This document shows, one piece after another, positions 23,939 through 36,555 of a DNA stretch of 64,000 bases. The position numbers and the translations under genes are program-made. This stretch comes from Chiloscyllium plagiosum (lineage: Eukaryota). Under the pieces are notes generated by a model. That model was given only the letters and a program-made list of their open reading frames with translations, was not told the DNA's origin and did not search any database. Numbering within the stretch: the stretch's first letter is position 1; every line of letters begins with the position of its first letter. The stretch is from positions 2,539,679-2,603,678 of the forward strand of contig NC_057759.1 of the NCBI RefSeq assembly GCF_004010195.1, read 5' to 3'.

Positions 23939-23969
23939 TGGCGATCAGAAGCGCGGACATATGCGACAT
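23939..23969 (-). pseudogene. Leader exon S1 (MSHMSALLIA, phase 1)
   Basis: ggaaATG TCG CAT ATG TCC GCG CTT CTG ATC GCC A|gtaagt. It has 31 coding nt, a consensus donor and a hydrophobic end. A TATA-like TATAGATAAA lies about 80-90 nt upstream on the minus strand. Confidence 0.65.
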
Positions 23970-25649
23970 TTCCGACGCGGTTTTGTAGCAAAGCAGTTTC
24001 TAACTCATTGTGATCTGGTGCCAGCTACTACAATGCCTTCTCTCTCACAAATTTATCTATAAAAGAAGGCGATAAGTACAGAAACAGCAAAAAGAGCCTG
24101 CTTTCTGAATAGTCTACTAGCATCTTCAAATTAATTTCGCGAGAATAGCAGTATGTCACTCAGCTCCTCGGACCTTTTTTTGCCATTCAACGCCTGATCT
24201 GCGGCCTATCTCCACATACCTTCCTCTCGGCCTTATCCCCTTCTTATCATTGTTGAACAAATATTGATCCCTCTTGAATGAAATCTAACAACTGATTGAG
24301 CATCCACTGGCATTTGTGGAAAACATTTTCAAACCGTTAGCGCCCTTTGTGGGTGGAAGTGATTCCAAACATCTCCCCTGAATAGTCCAGTCCTAAGTCT
24401 CAAATAATGTTCTCTCCATTTGTAGAATCGCCAACCAGTGGAAATACTTCTCTTTATCCACCCTGTCTTTTCCCATTAATACCTTCAATCAGATCACCCC
24501 TTAACCGTCTAAATTCTGGAGAAAACCGGACTCTTTTCTGTTATATCTCCTCATAATGTAATCCCTGAAGTCCAGGTCCCATTATTCCCATTATTCCAGG
24601 TCCCATATATTGTACTTCCTCTAAAGCCAATGTGTCCTTCCTAGCACTGAGTTTGGCACGGCAGTGCTCTCGTTAGTAAAGAAAAACAAAAATCGCTGGA
24701 GAAACTCAGCAAGTCTGATAGCATCCTTGGGAGGGAGAGACAGAGAGAGAAAAAAAACTGAGTTAATTCTACAGCTTATAAAGACAGGAAGCGTTTGGCG
24801 AATCTCAGCGGGTGTGGCAGCATATGTGCAGAGATACACAAACTGATATGGACCAAACACAGACAAATGAACCTAGTTCAGTTTGGGAAACCTGGTTGGG
24901 ATGGATCAATTGAGACGAATGACCGGTTTCTGCTCTATAGGACTCTATGACTCAAGTTCACGTAACTGACCAGGATCAGAATCTTACCTGCTCCCTGAAA
25001 ATTTCGAAGCATTTTGAGGCACAGTGCTTAGGGACCCTGAGCTCATTCCTTTGGACACAGACTTTGCTGCTGACAGGATTAAAAAGAAACCGTAGGCAAC
25101 TTCCGAGAAAGAGATCGAGAGAGAGAGGCAACTTCCCCTGATTCATGGAATTCATATGCACTCCTAAACTGACCCAACCCCTCCCCGACGAGGGAACCCC
25201 ACATCAGCCATGCAAGGCCTTTGGAAATAACCTTATAAGAGTTTAACAGCCAGCACCGAGACTGAATGCACCTCTGCAGCTGTCGTGACGATGATTTAAT
25301 ATCAGGGCTTGTTCTGCTGTTAAACCAGCAACATCTGTGACTAAAATAGAATTCACTGGAGAAAGTGAAAGCAAAGAATGTCATGCAGCCCACCAAGACA
25401 GAGTGACTCTACATTCCCCACATTAGCACACACCCATTTTATAACTCAATTCCAGTTCACCACAATGAACAACCCCTTTGTACTTTGCGTCAGCAGTAAC
25501 CTTTTCCATTAACCCCATCTCTGTCGACAGTACCACAAAGACCATTTTTCCCATCCCTTTCAGTTCTGAAGACATCATTGGAGTCGAAGTGTTAACTCTG
25601 GTTCTCTCTGATTTTCTTTTGAACTTCCTGTATTGATAACCAGTAGCAC

Positions 25650-26935
25650 AGAACATAGAAAATTACAGCACAGTAACAGCCCCTTCTGCCTCTGATGCGA
25701 TATCAAACAGAACACCAAAGGAAACTAATCCCTTTTGTTTCCTCTTGGTCTATTTCCCTCCATTCCTTGAATTTTACAAATGCTTACATAAAATTCCCTC
25801 AAATGCCTTTGTTGTGCCTGCCTCAATCAGGATCCCTGGCAGCGCCTTCCAGACTCCACCATGCTGTGTAAAAACAATTTGTTCCTCACATCTTTTTTGA
25901 TCTTTTCCCGCTCACATTAAATGTATGCCCCTTCGTATCAGAAATTTGAACCGTGGGAAAAAGACTCTGACTGTGAACCCAATCCATGCAAAGCATGATC
26001 TTATAGACTTTTATGAAGTTTCCCCACTGCCTCCGCCGCTAAAGAGAAAACAATCCAAGTTTTTTCTCGCCTCTCATTATAGCTCGTACCCTCTAATCCA
26101 GACAGCATCCTGGTAAACCTATTCTGCATTATTCCAAATCCTCCACATCCTTCCTAAAAGTGGCGAACAGATTTAAACACAATACTCTAAGTGTGGCCTA
26201 ACCAATTTCTTCTAAAGCTGCAATATTACACCCTGACTCTTGTACTGAATTCCCCATTCAATAAACGCATGCCATGCACCTTCTTTAGCACCCTATCAAC
26301 TTACATGGCTACTTTAGGCAACATATTGACTAGAACATCAAGATCCCTTTGTATATTAGAGCTGGATGATTAACTGGATGTAATATTCCTTAACGTTTGA
26401 TTTCCCAAAGGGCAGCACCTCACATCTTCATGGATTAAACATCATCTGCCATTTCTCTGCCTATATCTACAACTGATCTGCAACGTGCTGTATCCTATGA
26501 CAACCTTCTACACTAACCATTACTCCACTGATATTTGCATAATCTGCAATCTTACTAACCCACCCAGCTACACTTGTATCTATGTTATTTATGTGATCAC
26601 AAACAGCAGAGATGCCAGTACAGATCCCTGTGGAACAGCCCTAGTCACGGACCTCCAGCCTCAAGATTAGAGTGGTGCTGGAAAAGCACTACAGAATCCG
26701 AGGAGCAGAAAAATCGACTTTTCGGGCAAAAGCACTGCTGTGCTTTTCCAGTTGCACTCTCATCTTAACTTTGATCTCCAGCATCTGCAGTCCTCACTTT
26801 CGCCTACAGACCTCCAACCTGAAGACCATCCTCCCACCACTACCTTCTGTCTTCTTTGGGCAAACCAATTCTGCATCCACGCAACCATGCATGTTAATCT
26901 TCTGGATGAGCCTACCACGCGGGGCCTTGCAGACT
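25650..26935 (-). mobile_element. CR1 LINE 3' fragment interrupted by a Penelope pLTR hairpin (about 26665-26805)
   Basis: WMQNWFAQRRQKVVVGGWSSGWRSV. The insertion is flanked by a degenerate duplication, gacctccagcctcaaga / gacctccaacctgaaga. Confidence 0.8.
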
Positions 26936-28547
26936 TACTTTTGTTTTCGTTTATTCTATTGCTCATGCTCACACTCACGATTCAGAAAATAACATTGTGA
27001 CAAATCCAGTTTGCACGTAACATTTTTTGGACACAGTCTAAAAGTAATGATTTGATATTTCCAACTCGATACTGTGCCACTGGCCCATCTGGCTTTATTT
27101 TTTCAGCACATAGTGGTTTTTTTATTGTTAGTGTTCAGATAATCAGAGCTGACACGGGTCCAGGAATGCGATTATCTGAATTGCAGTCTTCATTAACACA
27201 AACACTGTGGGGGATGCTGTGGACCTGAAACAAACAAAAAGAAAGTGTTGGAAAAACTCGGCTGGTCTGGCAGCATCTGTGGAGAGAAAGATAAATAGAG
27301 TTAACGTTACAGGCTACAAAGACAGAAAGTGTAACAGCTGGTAGCATTCGTGAGTATGGACAGAACAGAATTAACGTTACAGATTATAGACGCAGAAAGC
27401 ACTGGAGAAACTCAAGAGGTCTGCCTGTCAGTGTGAATAGAGACAGAACAGAGTTAATGTTGCCGGTTATAAATTCAGTAATCACAGCTGTTGCGTGTGA
27501 CCAACCTTCTGCATCCATTATAAGGACAGTGGAGAGTTCTGTATAGTACTGCAGATATAGAAACAACGCTTCCCAGGGTAACTGAAGCAATCTGGGTGTA
27601 CTTGTGTATGAATCTTGGGAAGATAGTGAAATAACTCCATTAGACCGCTATCCCATCACCAATTCGCCTTAATTTACATGTGCGAAGAACATCACACTGA
27701 CCACTCTGGCTTCGAGACGGTTCCTACAGTAAACATAACCCCTACCATGCCAGTTTATAGCTTCAGCCAGGGCTCCCCGATCGGATCAGGCTGGAAACAC
27801 CAATCTTGTAACTTACATTCATGAGGTTCACCTGGCTGACCTCAGTCCAAACACTAACCCCCACCTTCCCTCAGTCCTGATACATAGGCCTGTTCTTTAT
27901 TGTATAGCATATCCTGGGGCGTTTTAGCATCAGCGACAGTCCCTATGACACTGCCTTCAATACGGACGCCATGTATGGATCATAGCCTGTCTCTTACTCG
28001 CAGAGTGTGTGGGAAGAAATTCATCACCTCCTTCAGTCGGTAACAGCGTTGAGGCTGTGCCATGTGCCATGTCCATATCTTCAACGCAAGGCGGAGGGGG
28101 AGCACCACGGTTTCTGACAGCCTTGCTGAATGTTCTGAGGGGTTTGGTTAGGTTTTGCTCCAGTCCCTTTGGTGAGGCTGCAGCCTTTATGTGATCCATG
28201 TGCTTGTTCAGGTTTGCAACTTCTAGTCAAAATTTGTATACCATTGGACGAACTTCGTGTCGACCATGCCTCGCACCCATTTAGAGCCATTCCCATGGTT
28301 TAGACACCAGGCTTCGTCCCCAAAAGGAAACTGCCTCTCACTTAGAGGAGTCTTGGGTCCAGCACTGAGTCTTCCTGATGCCATTTCACCCTTTCCCTCA
28401 GGTTCAGAAAGATCAGGTTCTGCGTGGTGTGAAGACTTCTCCCCATTGCATTAGAGCAGTCCCTGTAGCTGTGTGAGGAGTTGTCCAGTAACCGAACAGG
28501 AACCGGGACAGGTTGGTATTGAGTGAAACTGTAGGCCGTTTCTTTAA

Positions 28548-28715
28548 GGAGAATGTGAGGAGCTCAGATGCTGGAGATCAGAGTCAAAAATTGGAAAGGT
28601 ACAGAAGTTCAGGCAGCATCTGCAGAGCAGAGAAATTGATGTTTCGGTCATTTCTCATGAAGGGCGTCTGCCCTAAACATCAACTCCCCTGCTTTGCTTT
28701 CCCATCGCCGCACGT
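28548..28715. mobile_element. Penelope pLTR hairpin inserted in the Gypsy integrase
   Basis: gagaatgtgaggagctcagatgctggagatcagag... followed by its inverted partial copy. Confidence 0.7.
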
Positions 28716-29379
28716 TTTGACGATGTTTCTTTTAGTCTTCCTTCAAAGTTGGTTTGTTCTTTCTGCCAGCTCACTGGAAGATGGATGTAAGCAGCTATCT
28801 TTACATGTCAAATGCCATTTGCCTTTCGGAAATTGTAGTGTTTGTACAACAGGTCAGGTGGATCTCGTTGAGAATGAGATCCCTGATTGGGGCCGTTAGA
28901 TTTGACCAATTAGTGAGCTCTCTCTGACAGATGCAAACAGGAGTCTTAGATGGTACTCCAGAAAGCATTCTCATAATGATACAAACACCCGTGTACATTC
29001 ATTTTAGCATATGTTTCGGAATCCTTATCCAGTTACAATTGCACGGCTAATGTCCAGCTTTGTGAAGAACAGTATTCCAGCAGATTTTCATTTTAGTCCT
29101 CTATTTGAGGGATTGGGCAGTTATCCAGCTGCGAAAAGCAGTTGATTATTTGCAAAACCCACAAAGTCAAACTGACTTGTTGTGCCTCATAATTGGTACG
29201 ACCAGTGCTGCCCATTCCACAAACTGGACAGGTTTGAGGACTTCAAAATTTTACAGTTTTCTGATATCTCCCTCTTGATTTGCACAGAAGATGAAGGGCA
29301 CTAGACTGGCTTTGCAGAATTATGGAATTGTTTCTTTGCCTCTTTGGTGATCCCTGCAGCCTGGATGAGTGATTCACAG

Positions 29380-29660
29380 CACCGGTTAGCAGGGTTTGAC
29401 TCCGTCCGCAGCCAACTGTCTGTGTGGAGTTTGCATATTCGCCCCATAGCTCCATGGGTTTCCTCCAGGAGCTGCGGTTTCCTCCCACAGTCCAAGGATG
29501 TGCAGGTTAGTTTGAATGGCCAAGCTGAATTGCCCTGTACGCAGCTTAATCCTGTGAAATGCAGGGTTACAGGATGGGTCTGGATGCAATACAATTTGAA
29601 AGGACGGTATCGATTCGATTGGCCAATTGCCCTTTTTTTCATACAGTAGGGATTCTTTTC
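29380..29660 (+). mobile_element. HE1 V-SINE
   Basis: V-domain tgtctgtgtggagtttgcatattc...tcctcccacagtccaagg. Confidence 0.85.
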
Positions 29661-31384
29661 TATCAGCTTGTTGGAAAAGTTGTCAATATTTAATTAGAAC
29701 TTTACTCGAGCAGCAATTTCCCAATCACAAAATTTTGAGCGAATCAAGTTGAATCTTTCTCAAACAATTTCGCCATCAAGCCTGGGCCCGGGCCTTTTAG
29801 TCCAATCAGCGGTAACGGAACCAATTGCTTCTCATAAGACACCAGAACCGAAGTTGTACCCTTAATCTGTCAGGGGTATAAAGTAATTTAACTGTTCCAA
29901 ATCAGCTGTAGGTGGGCTTGCCCGGGTGTGCACCATCCCGGATACTTGCCTATGTGTCCTCTTACTCAATGCATGCCGACTGGGCATCATGTGCTATCTT
30001 TTTTCCACATACCAAAAGAAACTCAATCGCCTGCCTGCCTGCATACGTATAATTTTTAAACGTGAACCATCCTATCCACCATCAATCACTTTGGTATGTC
30101 TCCACAATCCATCCTTGCCAATTCATGCCTTTTACATCATACATCCCTTCATTCAGATTCAGGAGCCTAGATTTTAGTTCAACTACTTGGTTCTTCACCT
30201 TCATGAAGAATGCTGTCATGTAATGATCATTCTTACTCAGAGGACGTTTGCATTACAAGAATGTTAATGCATCATTTCTCATTGCAAAGTATTCCATTTA
30301 GAATATGCAGTAGTCCAGTTGCTTCTTCAAGATTATAGAACCAGCCTTCACTCTCGCCAACACCTTCTAAAGGGTAATCAGGAACAGGTAATAATTACTT
30401 GCCAGTCAACGAAACCGATATCCGTCAAATTAATTTTTTAAAAATACGCATACACATACACATGGAAATACTCCACAATGTTGTTTTGTCAAATAGCTAT
30501 GTCAAATAAAGACACCCAAGATTACAGTTGCATCGTGATTGCAAGCATCTCTGTTGCTTTTCTGCATATATGATTATGCTTGTAGGAAGGCTAATGGAAT
30601 GTTAGCCATTATTACAAGATGATTTGAGCATAGGAGCAGTGAGGTCTTGTTTCAAACACACCGGACTTTGGATAGGTTGTAGCTGCAAGTCTATGTGCAG
30701 TTTGGGTCTCCTTATCTCAGGAAAGACGTTATGTCCATGTAGACAGAGATCAATGAATATTCACCAGATCTGTCCCTCAGATGGGGACAATATCCTTTGA
30801 AGAGACAGTGGGCAAACTGGGCCTATGTTGTCAAGGGTTTGGATGGATGAGCAACGATATCATTGAAAATACATAAACACAATTTTTAAAGAAACATGTT
30901 ACCTATAGTTTGAATTTTTGCTGTTTGGGGGAGAGTAGAACCAGACAGGATTTTAATATTAGTGGGACTTCGGATCAAGATGAGATTTCTTTTTTGTTTT
31001 GCCCGTTGAATTGTAATCCTTTAGAATTGTGTACCTGCAGGAGGCTAGGGTCGTTCCATCACTGAGTATGGTTAAGGTCGAGGCTGGTAGATTCCTGATT
31101 ATCAATCGTTAACTAGGTTTAGGAGATGGAGTGTGTAAGATATATTGTAGTGTTCTAACATCCATTATCATATTCAATGAGACGGAAGGTTCAAGGGGCT
31201 GAGTGGCTCACTCCTGTTCTTACATTCCTCCATTAGGAAGCAGCACTTCTGGTTTCTTTTCTCCCAGAAATGCACTCAACTACTTTCCTTCCCTAACAAC
31301 GAAACACTGTTCTAAAACGCACAATTTATAAATTTGTCACCTCAAAGACTTATTATCTGAACTAGTGGCCATGTAAATGTAATC

Positions 31385-31970
31385 ATAGGGTCATAGAGAT
31401 GTACAGCATGGAAACTGACCGTTCGGTCGAATTTGTCCACGCCCAACAGGTATCCTAAATCAAGCTCGTCCCATTCGCCAGTGGCGAAATCCTTCTAACC
31501 ATTCCTATTCACGTACCTATCCAGATGCCTTTTAAATGTTGCAATTGTATCAACCTCTACCTCTTTCTCTGTTATCTCATTGCACACACACATACCAGCC
31601 TTTGTGTGAAAAGGTTGCCGGTTAGGTCCCTTTTAAATGCGTATCCTTTCACCCTAAACCTATGCCTTCTAGTTCTGGACCACCTCCTCGACCACCCAAA
31701 AAACCCCACTTCCCCCTGAAAACCACCACTCAAGGGAAAAGATTTTTTTTAAACTATGTCCAAGCCAATGATGATATTATAACCTCCATAATGTCACCCC
31801 TTAGCCACTGACGTTTCAGGGAAAACAGCCCCAACCTACTCAGCCTCTCCTTATAGCTCAAACTCTCCAATCCTGATAACATCCTTGCAAATCTTTTCGG
31901 AGCCATTTCAAGTTTCACAACATTCTTCCTGTAGGAGGGAGACCATAAATTGCATGCAATATTCCGAATG
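31385..31970 (-). mobile_element. CR1 LINE 3' fragment
   Basis: WSPSYRKNVVKLE...LSYKERLSRLGLFSLKRQWLRGD plus tail. Confidence 0.85.
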
Positions 31971-32212
31971 TGTGAGATTAGACCCCAGCTGTCTTTTGTC
32001 TCAATGATGGATTGAAGATTATTTACGATTGAATCAAGCCTCATCAAAGCAAGTATTTCCAGTAAATACATCTGACAAATATGTCTTTCTTTAAATGACA
32101 ACTTCATTGCATTTTAATTTAACTATTGGCCTGGTAAAGCAGCATTATCAATTTTGTTTAGTTATCGTATATTACAAGTAATTTGGAGTCTAACTGTAGA
32201 AATGGTGCATTG

Positions 32213-32283
32213 AAGATAGATAGATAGATCGATCGATAGATAGATAGATAGATAGATAGATANNNNNNNNNNNNNNNNNNNNN

Positions 32284-32373
<90 letters not shown>

Positions 32374-32422
32374 CATACATACATACATACATACATGCAT
32401 TCATAGGCAGACAGACAGACAG
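32213..32422. repeat. (TAGA)n-(TACA)n-(CAGA)n microsatellite containing an assembly gap (N at 32263-32283)
   Basis: Direct reading. Confidence 0.97.
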
Positions 32423-33924
32423 ATATGTTATTTTCTGCTTAAATTTCTAACATCATTTTTCACAAGACATACTTAACAATTAAAATTGCACCATTTCGTT
32501 CATACTGTAACTGCTGAATCCTGATTTAATGTGCAGGACTTCCTTTCTTACTTTCAGGTGCCTACCCATTTTTGAAAAAAAGACGATCAATTAAATCAAA
32601 TGATTTGTTGTCGAACATCATGCTGAGAATGGAATTATCCCCAGTGACGTTTAAAACTTAGAAACAAGATTAAATCACAAACGTTTAGTCTTAGTCCTTG
32701 TGGAAAAATAATACACTAATTAGACAACAACTCAATTAAAATAACGATCAAGCAATACATTTAAATCCTACTGCATCTGACAATTCTTCCCACTAAATTT
32801 GTGTCAGAACTCAGACACATATAAATCATTTTCCGAGTTACTTACATCGCCATTTTAATGCAAGGGGAAATCCAGCTAATGTTTACATATAAGACCCGGG
32901 TCAAGAACGGAAGGGTGTGAATTATTCCCAGAAACGAAACAATCCTGAAGTTAGTAGACCCTCCTAGTGTCTATCTTCCCACACACTGAAAAACACTGCA
33001 AGAATCTTTACGCTCCTTTTTTCATTATCTTTTAATCTCGTACCATAGACTGTTGGGTGTTTTATTTTTCCAAGATGCGTGAAAGCGGTGTTGTAATTGC
33101 AATAAAATTACGATTGAAAACATGCACTGAAACAAAACTGTATTGCAGTTTTAGATGGGTAGAAATCAGTGCTCGTTGGAATTGCATCTCACTCCGAAGT
33201 GTGCAATAGACAGAACTGTATCTGGAAACCTTTCTTCATAAAATAAAAGTGGAGGACATCGTGCAACATTGCACGTATGACCCCCTGACAGGTGTAATTT
33301 CTCACTGGAGGCAACACCTCAACATTTATGAAATACCCACGATTAAGTAATTATCTTGCTGCAATTGTCTCTTGCCCTCATCTGAGATAAAAGAAAAGAA
33401 AAGATTAAGATCCATCAGCATAGGTTCCAGTGCTTAAGCTCATGTGCATTGCTGAGAAATAAAGAATATAGCCCTGTCTGACAGTGAGAATCAGCAGACA
33501 GACGCATACTATCACAGCCCTTAGAATTCACAAGACTGAATCACAGATTGCAGCAGTGCTATAATATCACGTAGCAAGGAAAGATTCTTTTACGGTCAGA
33601 TACATTCAAAGAGGGAGTGATTCCCTCAATTCTGCAGCTTTGATTATGGTTTATTTCTTTCCTTTCTTGAATTTATGTACGTCCAGTTGCCCATTCATTA
33701 AATAATCTGTGTCAAATATACCCGCTAGCAGATGGTATTAAGTTCTGGAAGTAGTTGAGGCGGGTACATTAACAACATTTAAATGGTATTTGGAGTATTA
33801 CATGTATAAGAAAGATATAGAAGGATACGGATTAAGAACAGGGAAATGGGGTTCTAATGGGTGGACGTTTTGGTCAGCATTGACTGGTTTGCGCCGAAGG
33901 CCCTATCTCCGTGCTGTGGGACTC

Positions 33925-34410
33925 AGTGACCTAAACAACCTTTCGACGTGAAGCAGCATTTCACCTGCACCTCCTCCAATTTTATGTATTGAATTCACTG
34001 TACCCAATGTGGCATACTCTAGACTGGCGAAACCAAACACAGAGAGGGTTTCCATTTCACAGAGCACCTCCAATTTGTTCATAAGCAGGACCCCAATCTT
34101 TCTGCAAAAAGTCATTTTAACACAGCCTCCTGTTCACATGCCCATGTGTCTGTCATCCACATATTGTATTGTTCCAGTGAATCACACTGCAAACTGAAGG
34201 AACGACATCTCATCTTCAGACTAAGCAGTTTACTGTCGTTTGGACTTCATATTGGCTCAACACCTTCAAATTGTGAACCCATTCCTTCCTTTTTTTAGCT
34301 TGTTACAAAATGTCATCATGTCCTCTTTCCCCTCACACTACCCCCCCCCCAACCCCCCAACACCCTCCACTTCCAGTTGAGTTTGTCTGTCCTTTCAAGT
34401 CTGGCAGGAG
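33925..34410 (+). mobile_element. Penelope-like GIY-YIG fragment
   Basis: TFDVKQHFTCTSSNFMY*IHCTQCGIL*TGETKHR. A pLTR resumes at about 34975-35070. Confidence 0.75.
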
Positions 34411-34963
34411 TATTATGGACCAGGTCGGGCTCAATTAAAATATTTCAAGAAAGTAGCCCAGACCCTAACTTTGCGAAGTGATTTAAGCAGGTTTAGAGAG
34501 GATATTCCAGGAGTGACGCAGCTGATTAAACTACTTAGCTTTAAACAAACCAGAATTGATTTACAAAATCATTAAATGAAACACGAGATTGTCCCAACTT
34601 ACTGATGCTGTTCCAAATACTTGTAATAATTTCCATAAACTTTTCTTGACGCAAAAGGTAAAATCGAACACTGGTTCTCACAGGAGAGATGTCAGAGAGA
34701 GGGTACCAGCATGGGCCTGCTACTTTGGGTCCAACAGCTTCACAAAGACTGCTTGCTAATATCAAACCAGACCAGACAGAAGCTGAGCTACTCCACTTTC
34801 ATTGCGCAAGTGTTTTTTTTTTCAGTTTAAAACGTGAAAGCGTTTTGTCTGAGGCAGTACCTGTCAGTTGTATTCAAATTGGCTGTAAAACCCCTCAAGC
34901 CTAGACAATTTGCAAACACTACTTTTGCAATCTCTCTAAAAATGCTAAGTATGGCATCGTGAC
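34411..34963. mobile_element. Probable solo LTR inserted in the Penelope element
   Basis: About 550 bp bounded by t(a)ttatg...cgtgaca (degenerate TG..CA inverted ends) with near-matching 4-bp flanks ggag/tgag. It interrupts otherwise continuous Penelope sequence. Confidence 0.5.
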
Positions 34964-35784
34964 ATGAGACGTACCATTCCTGATGCAGAGCTTACGCTCG
35001 AAAGATCGACTCTACTGCTCCGCGGATGCTGCCTGACTGGTTTTGCTTTTCCAGCACAACACTCTTCGACATACTATTATTCAGTCATTCCCACTTTCCA
35101 GACACTTAATGTGAACTATCGACGTCTTTTCTCCACCAGCACTCTACATCCAGTACCCTCACAGCCCCCATTCCAAACTATAACATAAATGCTGACCCTC
35201 TCCATACTTCTCCAGCTCTGATGAAGAGTCATCGAGACTCAAATTATTAGCTTGCTCTGTCTCCGTGGATGGTGCCTGACCCGCTGTGAATTCGAACATT
35301 GGCTGTTTTCAATAAGAAATATTGTGCTAACTTTCTCTATGTGTGTGAATGGGAGAAGGTGTGAGAAGATGGTCAATGTCAGTTCCGATACATTAACATT
35401 CCCATCAGTCTCCCACATACACACGCACACACACACACAAACACGGACAGAGAACTACATGCACAAACACACACAGAGCCACAGACGTTCACACACAAAT
35501 ATTCACCCTGCAACCGTCAGAACGGGTCATACCCCGAGTGGTTTGGACGAATTGTGAAAGTTCTTTGAGAGATGTGGAATAGTGAGTATATTACCTTTAT
35601 ACTCATGTCCCTCTCCCTTGTTCTGAATCTGCTCCATTCTGTCTCTCCTTGACCCTATCTCCAATTATTTGTCTTTCTCTCTGCTTCTCATCCCCTTTGC
35701 ATCTTAGGTTTCTTTTCTCGCTGTCTGCCTGCCGAGACAGACAGACAGATTGGTTTTCTTCTCAACATTTGAAAAAGAAACAAA

Positions 35785-36550
35785 GATGTTAGGAATCAGA
35801 AACAAAATTCAAAATTGCTCGAGAAACTCAGCGGATCAGTGTACATCTTTGGAGAGAAAGCTGAGTTAACGTTTTGGGTCCAGTGACCCTTCTTCTGACC
35901 ATGGTTTTTTGGGGACTGGGATACGGACACAAGGAGAAGGTGTTCAGGAAGAGACATTTTTGAACTTGATATTGAGTCCAGACAGCTGCAGGGTCCCCAG
36001 GCAAAAAGTGAGACGCTGTTCTTCCAGTTTTTGCTGTTCTTCCAGCTTGTGTGGAGCTTCCAGCTTGTGCTGGGGTTTGCTGGAACAAGACGCCGAGATG
36101 GAATTGTTGATCAGGTTGGAATAGCGTGTATACTAAAATGCAGGCAATTGGAAGCCTGGTCATTGTTGTCAACATAATGTATGTGTTCCTGACACTAATG
36201 TCCTTACCTCAACCTCTCACTCCAGCATTGTCATCACACAAGGCTGCTACCTCAAACAATTCATTGTCGGCCACTGACAGTACCCACGAGCAGCCATTCA
36301 TTCTCTCAGACCCATTCCTTTGTCTGCTTTTCACTCTTTCTGGGTCCGCACTCCACCTATCATTCACCCCTCTACCCACCAACCACCCCAAGAGTTTCTG
36401 CAGCACATTTACCAAACATTTTCCTCACTACCACAAATTCTGAAGAAGCGTTACTTCTTCAGAAATATTAAGTTTGCTTTCTCTCCACAGATGCCGCCTG
36501 CCCTGCTGATTTTTACAGTCATTTCTACTATACTTTTAAATTTCATTTTC
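35785..36550. mobile_element. Penelope-like fragments with inverted pLTRs at both ends
   Basis: gagaaactcagcggatcagtgtacatctttggagagaaag at the left end and its inverse, ctttctctccacagatgccgcctgccctgctg, at the right. Confidence 0.6.
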
Positions 36551-36555
36551 GTTTA

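Larger units (their letters stand above)
1971..23969 (-). pseudogene. Multi-Ig Fc-receptor-like (FCRL/LITR-type) inhibitory receptor pseudogene, spliced
   Basis: Collinear minus-strand exons with GT-AG boundaries: leader exon, mini-exon(s), four Ig C2-type exons with phase-1 acceptors, short cytoplasmic exons and a last exon with VTYGTL. All four Ig exons have in-frame stops or frameshifts. Confidence 0.8.
27620..29900 (-). mobile_element. Decayed Ty3/Gypsy LTR retrotransposon (protease, RT and integrase remnants, probable 3' LTR)
   Basis: Minus-strand fragments: QIKGTTSVLVSYEKQLVPLPLIGLKGPGPGLM (protease end); KPVQFVEWAALVVPIM...QLDNCPIPQIED (RT start); NGI*HVK..HPSSSELAER and LSRFLFGYWTTPHTATG (integrase); KHMDHIKA. 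A polypurine tract at about 27858-27872 precedes LTR-like sequence. Confidence 0.8.

Noticed and set aside
32158..32404. YLSIYLSI ORFs
   Set aside because: They are translations of the (TAGA)n microsatellite spanning an N gap.
32840..32858. aaaATGGCGAT|gtaagt as the first exon of a minus-strand gene
   Set aside because: There is no CpG island and no compatible phase-2 downstream exon was identified. A short motif like this can occur by chance.
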